A stretch of 64,000 nucleotides of DNA, from NCBI GenBank assembly GCA_036172245.1, contig JAYWIR010000018.1, positions 2,542,001 to 2,606,000 of the forward strand, read 5' to 3'. Within the stretch, counting starts at the first letter, position 1. Every line of letters starts with the position of its first letter. The notes below the pieces were generated by a model. That model was given only the letters and a program-made list of their open reading frames with translations. It was not told the DNA's origin and made no database searches. Source of the stretch: Raillietiella orientalis (taxonomy: Eukaryota). Position numbers and translations under genes: made by a program. This document shows, in pieces, positions 51,801 to 64,000 of this stretch.

Positions 51801-54800
51801 ATTGCTTGTTGCAAACTGATATCATCATGAAACACGGCGAGGCAAAAGTCACGGCCGGCTTGAAGGCATGCTTTGGCAGGAGAGCATTTTCAATAATTTT
51901 TTTTACGAGCTTTCGATAACTAGGATGATCATCACTATTCTCCGATTCTTTTTGACTTTTCTTTTAAAAAAATTGTGGACAAAAAATGATCAAAGAATGA
52001 TCTAGACACAAATACCCATAAGAAGAAAAAAAGTTTTCGACAAATGTCTTGTTTTATGCAACTCTTTCTCCTATGCACTGATGATGGAAGGATCTGCAAA
52101 ACTGCACAATGAATCACCTAATTGCCTCCATTTCTGTTGCCTGGTAACCACCTTTTAATGAATCAATCCTTTCAAAAATAAAATTAAGAGATGAATGAAA
52201 TCCTTCCTTACTGTCCATGTCTAATATACATGCATCCAACCCAAGATTTTCAACTGTCTATAAAATGATTTTCTACTTTATACAACGCTCACATCCTTCT
52301 CATAAAATAAATTATTTTATGTGAATTTACGATAAAACCTATTTCCGAAAACGCACTGGCAATGATAGAAATACAAGAGTGGTGTCCTTGCCCGAAACTA
52401 ACGTTTTTGCTTCGGAATTTATGGTTCATAAAGCACGCTCAATGCACAAAGTTTGCATTTTTTTAAAATAAATGCTCCTATCGTTACAGCGAGGCCTAAA
52501 GTACCAAAATGATTAAGCAATTTGAGGGGGGTAAAGATGCATTCTCTATTCGATCAAGTCTTTCTTGTGATTTAATGCGTTTTACATCAAAGTTCCTGCT
52601 ATTATAAGTTAGAATCCACGTGAGATTTGACTAGAACGAGACGACTAAAGATGACGATGGTGATAAAGTGTGCGCTGAACCCTTTTGTTTGCAACTCCTT
52701 TAACTTCAATGCTTTATCTGATTATCTTCGGAAAATGAACACTAATTGCCATGCGGAACCTATTGATTATTCCAGAAGATCAGACATTCCCCCCCCCCCC
52801 CCATCAACAGTATATGTTGCGGAACACCTTATGGGATATCGATTCGGCACACATTTCTAGATATTTCACAGACGAGATATTTGAGAAAGGTATCTTCAAG
52901 GCGGAATGGATGATGGAAGAGCACACTTGGTCGGTCTCGCTCGCGCTGCTGGAGCCATCAGGAGCGCTGAAGACACGAATTCTGCAGTGATCCTCGCTAA
53001 GACCCAAATCTTCCAGCCACTCCATGGGACTTCTCTGCGAACCAAAGTCTTAAAACAAATTGAAATGTATGCTTCCTGTAAGTAATTTCCTCGCAAAGGT
53101 GTACCGTTACCGTTTTAATAATGTATCATTAGGAAATGTGTTATTCTTCGGAAACAAGAAACACTACCCGGACTTTAACACAAGGATTAAAACACTCTAA
53201 AAAGTGTTTAGGCTATTTGAACAGATTCCTGTAAGGGCTCCTAACACATGAATTCCGTGAAACACGTCGACTGCTTCAACAGAACACTGAATAAATCAAA
53301 CCCATACACCTTTCTGCTTAGTGTTTTTGTTTCATGTTGTTCAGAATGGCTTAGCTACTGAACATGATGCAGTCACGAAAAATTTGAAAAAACGCACTGA
53401 CCTACGACTGCATTCATCACAACTTCCAAATAGATCGATTATTAATTTCAGTTATTACTCGTTACAATTTATAAACACAGTACCACCAAAAGAAGCTGAA
53501 CACACGAGCAGTGATGTAAAAACACCACGCATAAAAACACACCTACATGTGGTGATTGAGACATGCAGTAAATAAGGTGCGTTACAGAAAAATAACGTTT
53601 ACATAGCCAATGACATTTCAAGTTCAGAGTTGATTTATTTAACGGTTCCCGCCATGTGAGATTGAACGAACTTTCTAAATAAGATGATGCTACATATGAT
53701 ATAACAAAATTTATAAAATTAGGAACCTTAATACGATCAAAAGTACCAACGGTTTACGTTATTTTTTTAGGAAGAACATTAGGCAGAAATACTGTCCTTT
53801 GCTTACTTGAAATTCATTTAGAAACTTGCTTTCTATACAGAACACTAAAATGTGCTTTTATGAAAAATTCAGTTAGAATTATGTAATAGCCACACAAATA
53901 TCTTACAAAAAGGTTTAAAACATTTTAAATTTCACTAAAGAATGAATATAAGAAATCCAATAAACTGAGCAATCGATAATAAAAGAACAATACATATGTA
54001 ATGTACTCTAAACACGATTCCCTAGTGTCTTAACTAACTAAACGACCTTAATGCTAAATAAATGCGGAAATAATGCAAATGAATAAAAGACATGGAAAAC
54101 AACAGAAATTGAATATAGCATCATTATACATAAATACCATAATAAAGAGACTACTGCACGTTCATATGCATCAATTAAGAAATAAAGATTAAATAATACA
54201 TGTATTGCTTTGCTAGTTAAAGAATCAATAACAAAGCAAGCAATATTAATTAGTTGTCTAAAGCTTTTAGATCGAAAGAAATTCCACAGAATTTTATATT
54301 CCGCAGATGCTCTAGAGCACAAGTAGGCGTCATAATTATGCTTAATATTTTAAAAATTACCTTTCGGTGAATGATTTGAATGCTACAACAGTTCTTCTTT
54401 CCTTGTTTTCACAAATGGAGAAAGTCGTTAGAAAGGAAAATCTTAATCCAATGAACTGATGAACCAAAAATCTATAATAACTGTTGAAAGGAGGGAAAAC
54501 CAGCACTCTAAACACATTGAGATTCAGTAAACAAAACTTATGACAGTGAAGCTTTTTAAATGAATGATTCTGATACAAATGTAAGTCATTGAAATTTAAA
54601 ATTTGAATGATTCACAAAAAAAATAAAATAAAGTAAAATTCGGCAACCAGCATGCATTCAGTTGTACAATTAAGCAATTAGTCAACAATTTGCTATTTCC
54701 ATTTCATGTAAAGGATCTACTTGAAAAGAGAGGGAGAAAAGCTCTGACAAACCTTTTAGTCTTTATATCATTAGCAATTATATTATTAGCTATGAAGTTC

Positions 54801-57800
54801 TCATAACAGAAAGAATGAAATACTTAGGATAAATACAAGTTCAATGTGCATAATAAATTCGTTATGCACACAATGATCAACAATGAAATGTAATACTGAA
54901 AATGATTTACATGATGAACTCACAAATTTCAAATAGCTTCTGAATGCAAGAAATTGAAATTTGTGAATAATATTAATGGAAACAGGACATATGACCTGAA
55001 ACAATGCCACTTTTTTTATATCATTCTTGTTTCAAAATGAACAAGCGAAATTTTTCTCAAATTTCAACACTATTTTAAGAAATATAGAATAAGAACTCAT
55101 CAATTCTGGAAAAAATAATTACACATTTGCTGGAACAAGAATTATAATAAGAAAATCAATCCGAATTGCATTATTTCTAAAAAAAATTCAAATAAATACA
55201 ATATTTTGATTAAATGTGGATGTCAGAATCAGTAAACAAAAGAATATGATTAACACATGCACGTTTGTTGCTCTTGCTTATATAACTCAATAAATATTTT
55301 TTTAATACTTTTGTGAAAAAAACGAATTTCATCTTTGTATCACTTCAGGAAAATAAACAGTTTAATTAAAAGTAAATGCAATTTACTGAGTTACGTTGTG
55401 TGAACATATTAGAAAGAGGCTTACATCAGTCATTAATTTGAAAATCCAACATAATGTTCAAAATTGGCTGCCTGTCTTAATACACCTTCAATACTTTAAA
55501 ATAAAAAAATGAAAATTCATGAAGCAGACAATATGATCTGAATTGGGATGCACACTAAAGGAAATATTTATGATAGGATAGACACATATACATAAGCAAC
55601 AAAATAAGAATCCACATCATATGTATCATGTGCTCCTGCATTTCACATTACTAATAACTAAGCATTTAGTTACTGCCTGTATTTAGTTTATTTTCACATT
55701 TTCCTACTGAAATTTTATATCTTTATAGGGAACCCAGGAGATTTCTCAATTATAACAAAATGAGCTTTATTCACCTCATAAAAATGAATTTTTTGTTCGC
55801 ATAATCTATGCAAAAAAGTAAAGCAAACTGCAGAGTCATTTTCTCTCAAACAAAGGTAATACATTAAATAACCTATCAAATAATCGCCCTTTTGCAAAAA
55901 AAATCAGTACCTAACATGAAAATATTAGATATTAGACATAACAATCTATATGAGATACTTGAAGACTCAATGGTGGCTTTATAATGCATTCAAGCTCAGT
56001 AATAATCATCATCAGAAGGTAGCAGCTGATGCAAAATCATATCAGTTACTATTTTGTTTTACTCTAATCACTCAAAGTTTTCTCAAACTTAAATCAAATT
56101 TGCTTCAAAATTCTGCAGACAGAATGGCTCTTACAAGAACTTAGATTTGAACTTAGAACTTAGATTCATATTCTGGAATTAATGGATCTGAGGAGCAAAG
56201 CTAATGATTGGGATAAAAGGATCATCTCAAATTCAATTAGATATCCTCCAACAAAAAGTGATACTTTCCTAACTCCAACTATCATCACATTTGTTCTGTA
56301 AGAATTTCTCTGTTAAAACAAAACAAATAAAACTGAATCAAAAGCACACCCCATTTTGTACATCTTAAATCAAAGGGTAATACAATCTATAAAAAAACAA
56401 AAAACATCAAAAATTTAGTCTGAAGGCACAATATTGAAAAAAAAAGAGAACAGTTAATTTAAAAAACATCACAAGACCAGTCCATACAAAACATGCTATA
56501 TTTTGGTTAAACGAACTCTGTCCGGAGAATACATACAATTAGTACCACCATGTGTATTGGACAACTATATAGATTATATTTGAACTCCAATGCATAATCT
56601 GTTAAACAAAGTATGTATTATTGTTTTCAATTACGCTGTTTTCTTTCCTCTGATGAAAAATCTTACATAACACTTCTTAAGTTTCGTACAACATATGGGT
56701 CATAAGCACAACACTCATTTCATTACAAATAATGAGTTCTCAAGAATATTGAAACAGGTAGTCAAAATTGGAATGATGGAAATTTTTCATATTTTCACAG
56801 AACATGTGAATTTTTTGACAAAACAAAACATTCACGGCTACAACATCAACACTAGGCATTTCCCACATCCAGCATGCTTCCATGTTTGGCAACTACAAAA
56901 CTAACTGTTTTGTTAAAAATTGCTCGCTTTAAATATTCCTATATTACATATATCACAAGGCAAGCAATGCAGTAATCAAGATGTAGTTATCTTTAGACAG
57001 TTAAACGTTTTAAAATCCAAGTGTTTTGAAATAAATAATAACTTATTTTATTCACAAACTTATCATCAGATTTATTCCTGATACCTGTAAAACAACCAAT
57101 AGTTTAATTAATTAATATCTAAGAATTGATATCTCAGTGCCTTTATATTTTTATTTTTATAAGGGTCACTTTCTTTCTTCTCTCAGCAAATACCTTTCAG
57201 TAGCTACACTTTTAATATTTTTAGGTGTAAGAGAACAATACTATTTATCACAGAATCAATATTATGATTATGCATAAATAGTTCAGAAAAATGCCAATGA
57301 CTAATACAATTTCCTAATTCAAAATATTAAAGCCACTTTGTTTGAAACATAATATGTTATAACTTTCAACTCTCATTTTCCAATTACCCAAATGCATACT
57401 ACACTTGGAGTCAATACATACATAAAAGTACACATACAACAAATGCTTTTTCATCTACCATGAAGACCTGATGAAATGAAATAAATTGTTTTTTACTGAT
57501 CTTGGAACAAATACGGTCAAGAATATAAAAAAAAAGACAAACAAAGATAAAAAGGCGGACTGATTTTGACCATAAGTAAAGGAGTAATCTTGTTGTAAAT
57601 TAATATGTGAATCCCTCTGTGCATGATTTCATCATGCCTTGACCTTTTGCACTTGCAAAACCAAAATTTAATAGTTATTTGCTTGATGATCAGAGTAATT
57701 AATGTACTTGTTATTTTCCATAAAGCATCAAAAACAAATTACTTAGGGATGAAACTCAATTAATAAGTGAAAGCAATAGTTTTTTCACACATTGCAAATT

Positions 57801-60800
57801 TGCATTAATTAAAAAGGTTTACATACCATACCATGTTTACATACTACAATATGGAACTGCACATCAAACGTAACAAGATAAAAAATCTTAAAACACTGTA
57901 CATTAATATGGTTAAATGACTGTGTTCATATTAGCATAATGCGTATTCTGGTTTAGAATTAAAACCAACCTGTTGCACGACGCTTCTGAGATCCATTCGA
58001 ATTCGTTTGCGAGTGATTCAGAACAAGTTTCTTTTGATGGTACCATAAATGGATGAGGTAACTCATTAGAACTTACCCCTACAGAGTTCACTTTACATTG
58101 CGTTGAATACAAAAACGAATAAACATCAGAATTTATTAGCTTAACGAAAACGCTGTCCTTGGGACATAAAAAATCCGAATTTTGAAATGTATCCAGTTTA
58201 GCACTTCATTTCTACCACTTGAACAAATCTTTTGCCAGAATTTTATTTGCTTACTATCATGCATCCCATTTACCGTAAACAGGTTGAAAGCAACATAGTT
58301 ACCAACATCTCCGATAGCATAATGCACATTTTTATAATATTAACTTAGCTTATGGTCATTATACTTTAATCATTTGTATCAGAGAGCTTCAGAATTCATG
58401 AATGGAATATCATTATAAAGTTAACCATCACAGAATTAATTTACATTATAAATGAATTGAGTAATTGCCTTCAATTTTTCTGTGACTAATCAAATTGTTT
58501 TCCCACTGTGAAAGGAACGAATCAATAGAAACCATTTTAAGCGATAAATCAAAACCACTAAATAAGGAAGTTTTTGTGTGATATATGAGAACCCAATTCA
58601 CGAAAATGGGTTTCATCAAATTAAATGTCACGGAAAAACTATTTGTAGTTTCATGAAAACAAAAAAAAAAAATATTTTAATAGCAAACAAGGGTGACAAC
58701 TACTAGAGGTGAAACTCGGAAGAGATATTTGAAAACTGCATCTCCTTTTATGAAAACAGCAGCGAATCATATGACTGCAAAATATGGACGATAACGCCTT
58801 TGAAAGCATAATTCCACATTGAAATCTCATTTTCTCTTTTAAATTGTACTGTTTTTTTTTCCTTTAGTTTTTCTCCCAAGATATGTAATCCTCATGATCC
58901 ACCTGATCATCAGCTACTTAGTTTCCCTTTGAATCTATATTGCATTCATGAACTCATATTCAATACATACTTTAAAGCCTCTCGTGTCGACCATTTAAAT
59001 GTTCTTTGATCAAAATGTTTAAAAATGCTTTTTGAATTTAAAACTTTATTTGTCACAATAAAAGAACTAATGTTCATAATGTGATTAAATTATATCTTAT
59101 AATTTTGTGTGTATGCGCACACGTGTATGTTTCATGAATCTCCATTAATTTTGTTCATTCTAAATTATCATAATGACAGCATACACATGCAGACGACTAC
59201 AGGACGAGAGATGAAACTGATCGACCAGAATCTGCATTGCAGGCCATAAGTTCCTGATCCGATGACTTTTCAAGACTAGGTAAAACAAAGCGTCAAATTA
59301 AACCTCGGTCCAATCCTGGTGACTAATAGAATTCGAGTATTTCTTACAGGAAAAAATTATCATTATCAACAGCCCAAAACCTTCAAGACCAAAAAAAAAA
59401 AAAAAACGCCTTTGTTTCCGAAATATAAAGTTATCTTAAAGGTAATGATGTCACCTCTGTATTACAAACTGTTTCAAAATTTACATATGATTCCATATGA
59501 ATAAGATTACCCGTTGAATGCATATTTGCAAATTAGTCTGCTGTTATGAAAAACAAACTTTTAAAGCAACAAGCAAGAAAAGTAAGAAATCAGAACTAAA
59601 CCAAGAATTCAGTAATTTATTTAATTGGAAATATTAAATTCATCTGGGATACAAAATTTTGGAGTTCGGGGTTTTTTATTATCAGCTCCACACTATGACC
59701 TTTTTTGTCACAAATGAGGAATTTTATCTCGAACTGTTTTGAATTTCACGTAATACAGCTAAAAAGATACGTGACTTAGTTCCGCTTCAACATATGCTAT
59801 TTTGATAAAAGGCAAACCATTTTTTATCATAATATTCGAAAAAAAGCATAGAATAATATGATCTTATCAGTAATTCTCACATTTGAAATGGAGCAGAGAG
59901 TAAACTTCAGCACGTAAGAATTAAGTAGAAAACCATATGAGCAGTTTAAAACATTAGCGCGTTGGACATGTTTCCCAGATCCAGTTTTTCGATCTTAAAC
60001 ACCATAAAGCATCTTTTTAAAAGGAACATGAAATGTATTTATTAATAAACAATTTTAGTAACGCATTCTATGCACTTATTTGCGTGTGTGTATTTTTCTT
60101 TATTTCGGTATTTAGTGCTATTTATTCAATTAACGAACTTTTCTAATGTTCTGTATGAAAATCAAATTCTTCTGAAATTATTGTTCATATAGAATTATTT
60201 AGTGCCCATTATTCTTCGGTCTGTAAAATTAATTTGCTTCAGTCTCAAGGGATTTCAGTCGTCGTTATTACACTAAGAGCAAATGTTTAGATTAATTGAC
60301 TCCTAGATAATGTGTAGGTATCGATAGATACCAAATGATTGTGTAATACGAATTGTTTGTTGCACATAATATATACTTGAAATATTAGAATATTTAATCG
60401 GAGAAATATGAAACAAGTTATGAACAAATCCAAAGTCTGGGAAAATATTACTTTTCTCCGTTTGGCTTTTTAATGTGAATTTATTGTATTTTTCGAGGTA
60501 AGCTTAGTGATTGATGGAAAGCATATTTCTTTTATTCCAATGTTTTTGATCATATATTAATTGTTCATAACTAGTTTCATATGTTGCAAAGTTTTTATCG
60601 AAACTCCTTTAGTTTCATTCGTATCATTTTCATGTCTGGCGAGGAGGTTAAGTAAACTGCTTTCTTAGAACCCATTTTCCAGAACTAAACAAGCTTTCAG
60701 AACTAGTGTATTCATCCAACATTCTTCTCCCGAGTTTATAGACTGATTTTCATTTGTACACTGCCCACCTGCACATAGTTTTATTAAACTATTTATTATA

Positions 60801-61547
60801 CTCTTGGCTTTAAATAGTATTTAGACTACAATATGACTATCATCTATTTTGAATATGTATCGTACAACACTAGGCGTTTGCGAACAAATCCATGGGTATG
60901 GGTTTCATTTGAAGCACAGCTGATCACAATAGATACATTTGTAACCTAAAATATAAAGTCAAAACCTATCATGATTAAGGATTTATAAATGAGTAAAATG
61001 CTAAAAGTATCTCTGAATCACTGCTAACCCATGTTTTTCTGTAACAAAACATTGCTAAGTTCATCCGTCTGCTTTTTTGCTAACCTCCAAAAAGTAATGA
61101 GAATCTGAATTTTCCCTTGAGTGAAATCGAGAAATTAAGGAGATAAGGATTTCAAAAAAGGACTTCAGTTTTCATTGCGAATTTTAAGTCGACTGAGACA
61201 ATGGGCGAAGATGAACACCACTGAGATTGGTTACTATGACAATTCAGTAAAACAAGGAATAAATTCTTACACTCAATGAAGAAGGTCTTCTACGATTTTT
61301 GTTGCTATTAATAAGAAACGTGCTTTGTTAGCTGAAAATTTCACTTTATTTCTGGAAAACGGAGTAACTCTAAAATGGGCCCTTCGATCAAATCAAGCAT
61401 GCATCAGTATGGGAAGTTAACAGAAACATTTATGAACTTTCTCATATCCACATATGCGATTTCCGTACGCATTAAAGTTCTTTCGGAAATAGTCAAGCGT
61501 GAGTGAAGAATACGAGAATATATACAGAAGACAAAGAATGGAAGAAA

Positions 61548-61596
61548 TTGGAAAAAAGTACTTTGGAAAAAAGTACATTTGGAAAAAAGTACTTTG
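61548..61596 (+). repeat. Short tandem repeat, 3 x TTGGAAAAAAGTAC(A)T
   Basis: Seen directly. Confidence 0.8.
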
Positions 61597-62471
61597 TTGA
61601 TGAATTAATTATAATAAGTAATCAATGCTCTGAATATTTGTGTAGTTTTGAAAACAGGTACTGAAGGGAAAAACTGAAAAATTTCTATGGAAATTTAAAG
61701 TTTACATATATGTCATAATCCTTAAAGATGTCTTTGGAATTTTTGATTCGTTCTTAGGATTTTGTGTTCTGAAACGCGTGACTACCCTGTTTTTTTTTTT
61801 TTTTTTTTTTCTTTCCTAATTATGTTAGATTTGGAGGAATGTACCAACAATTCCGACACATTCTCACACTTATAATCTAAGAGGCGAAAAGGTAAACTTT
61901 GCCTGCCTTTTAGATTTTGCTCCAAATTAGTTAGTCGCTGTAAAGTTGCTGTTTAGATTGCTGGGAAAACTCTAGAAGGCCATGGTACTTTTCGCGGAAT
62001 TGTACGTAAATATAATTTGTATGTATAGTTTCTAACATAAGAGGCTTCTACCCAATATAAAGAGTACCATCATAACACAGGTTTTACGTATCTTGTTTAA
62101 TGCCCCAACACCTGACCTTTATTTTATCGTATTTGTAATGCAAGATAAGCAACTTGCTTTAATAGGGAACTGGATCTGTCCGTGGCCAGTTTCTCGCTTC
62201 CCTTAACCTAAGGATGCTTTTTAAAGTTAAACCTCCACTCTGATGGTAGCTCGTTTGTAAGGTGGGTTACCTTCTATTTTGTGCACAATTCAAGCTCCTT
62301 TATAAAGCAGCTATTGTTGAATTGTAACATAATTCACATTATTTTATGTAGGTTCATGGTTTGGTGCCCAATTCAAAGGAATTGATGCTTAAATGATCAT
62401 CGGATTAAGTCCATGTGAACGTGTATTTGCGATTGACCTTCAACAAGAGACGTAAACAAAAAAACTCCACC

Positions 62472-64000
62472 ATGTGTTCTGTTTATCTAATGCTGTATTT
62501 TGGTAAATTTATGATATTCTGATATTACTTAAATTTTTAACAATTTACTTGTCATGTATTATTCTGATATATGAGTTTCTTAAAGGTAAAAAAAAAAAAA
62601 AATTATTCTGCCTACAGTTCAGATTACTTTTGCAAGTCTTCGTCTAGAAGATTTGCAACCGGATAGTTCACCCAAGAAATACGGAAGCCCTTATGCACCA
62701 GCTTCATATGTATGTCAAGGAATTTTGCATATCCCTTTTGCAGAGATTGAGGAACCATTCACTGCCTGGGTGGATTATGAAAATGGGAGATCCAGAATTG
62801 ACTATTATGGAGGTTTAAAACTTTCCTTTCTGTATTTGTTAAACATTATTTATAGATATGGTAAAGACATACCAATTTGAAAAGGAAGGACAGTTTGGTG
62901 CTGCATATAAAATTGCACCAATGACTACTGAAGAAGTTCAAAATCTTTTAACATGCCTTCAAGTCAATGGAACAGATGGTAATCTTATTGGCCTCCAAAG
63001 TGTGATTCCGGATTTAGAAGGCTTTGAAGTAAATATCCATGTAATACAACTTTTTTGGCTTTATTAATTTTAGTTAAAAAATTCTGAAGTGTTGAATGGT
63101 GTGGAAGTACAGAGACTTCAACTGACAACTTATGAAGAAAACAGAAGAAATGATTATATAGTGTGGGTGAGAAAGGATAATGGAGCTCCTGTTCGTTATG
63201 AAATGAAAGGATTCAACACATTATTGGGTTCTCATTATGATCACTATATCCTTGAGTATAACATTTATTCTCAAGAGAAAGTGGAGGACAGAGTCTTTGA
63301 TGTGCCCAGTGAGTCAATTACAGAATTTTTGCTGTAGCTGTGTGTGTTTTTTCCAGGAGATTCATGCCATAGTTTCCCTGGTCCTGGACATCAAGATCAG
63401 CTGTTAAGGCATCAGATACTCATGAACCCAATGCAGGAATTCGTTCTTCGTAAAGACCATTTGAATCCTTTGTTTAAGGATTTCGAGACCACCCATGGTA
63501 AATCATATAGCACTCCTAAAGAAAGGCAACAAAGAATGAAGGCATTTATTCAAAATCAGCGGTTCATTAATGCACATAATCGTGCAAACAAAGGCTATAC
63601 TCTGGCTATGAATCATCTAGGGGACAGAACTCCAGCTGAGTTAAAAGTTTTACTTGGTCGACGATCCCATGGTGATTCGAAGAAAATCAAACAGTTCAGG
63701 TGAGAAGTAAAGTGCTATAATTTGAAACTGTATTTCAGTGCACCAGAATTTCTTCAGCCAAAGTGGTATATTCCTGAGAGTTTTGACTGGAGACTCTTTG
63801 GAGCTGTGACACCAGTGAAAGATCAGTCAGTCTGTGGCTCTTGTTGGGCATTTGGAACTGTTGGCACTATAGAAGGCGCATACTTTCTAAAAAACAAGAC
63901 TCTTGTGCATTTTTCTGAACAGGCACTGGTGGACTGCAGCTGGGGTCAAGGAAACAATGGCTGTGATGGAGGGGAAGATTTCAGAGCTTATGACTGGATT
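62472..64000 (+). CDS. 26-29-p: 26/29-kDa proteinase (cathepsin L-like papain-family C1A cysteine protease), 5' part, truncated by the window end
   Basis: Exons 62472-62502 (CCACCATG Kozak context; exon 1 tentative), 62618-62812, 62856-63028, 63074-63308, 63357-63699, 63739->64000; GT-AG and phase-consistent. Peptides 'IPFAEIEEPFTAW...SRIDYYG', 'PVRYEMKGFNTLLGSHYDHY', I29 propeptide 'YTLAMNHLGDRT', 'FDWRLFGAVTPVKDQSVCGSCWAF' with the catalytic Cys. Confidence 0.95.

Noticed and set aside
51755..51890. RRM RNP1-like 'GRDFCLAVFHDD' on the minus strand
   Set aside because: Short frame bounded by stops, with no convincing splice sites.
52804..53025. SAM domain ('EWLEDLGLSE')
   Set aside because: Similarity is limited to ~10 residues with no continuation or supporting exons.

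Overview
Eukaryotic (invertebrate, probably ecdysozoan/arthropod; species not identifiable from sequence) genomic DNA with two very different halves. Bases ~1-43,500 are GC-rich and packed with heavily eroded L1/Tx1-like non-LTR retrotransposon remnants (ORF1, endonuclease, RT and C-terminal CCHC pieces on both strands). This half also holds one Ty3/Gypsy pol remnant and a single intact exon of a Pde6-like cGMP phosphodiesterase (GAF domain, minus strand, 3530-4007). A compact R3HCC1L-like gene lies on the minus strand at ~44.1-45.7 kb. From ~49 kb, and especially after ~53 kb, the DNA is very AT-rich and mostly non-coding, ending in the 5' part of a 26/29-kDa cathepsin-L-like cysteine protease gene (62472 to the window end). 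The most interesting signals are: (1) four tRNA-like (double B-box) heads, each upstream of and co-oriented with Tx1-like coding remnants, suggesting a LINE family with a tRNA-derived 5' end; (2) a conserved 3'-UTR motif in these LINEs; (3) near-identical, very GC-rich cores shared between otherwise decayed TE copies, including a 1.16-kb inverted pair, suggesting ectopic GC-biased gene conversion; (4) introns of only 39-56 nt. TE calls rest on degenerate motifs read by eye across frameshifts, so their boundaries are approximate. Most ORFs in the supplied track are spurious GC-rich ORFs.
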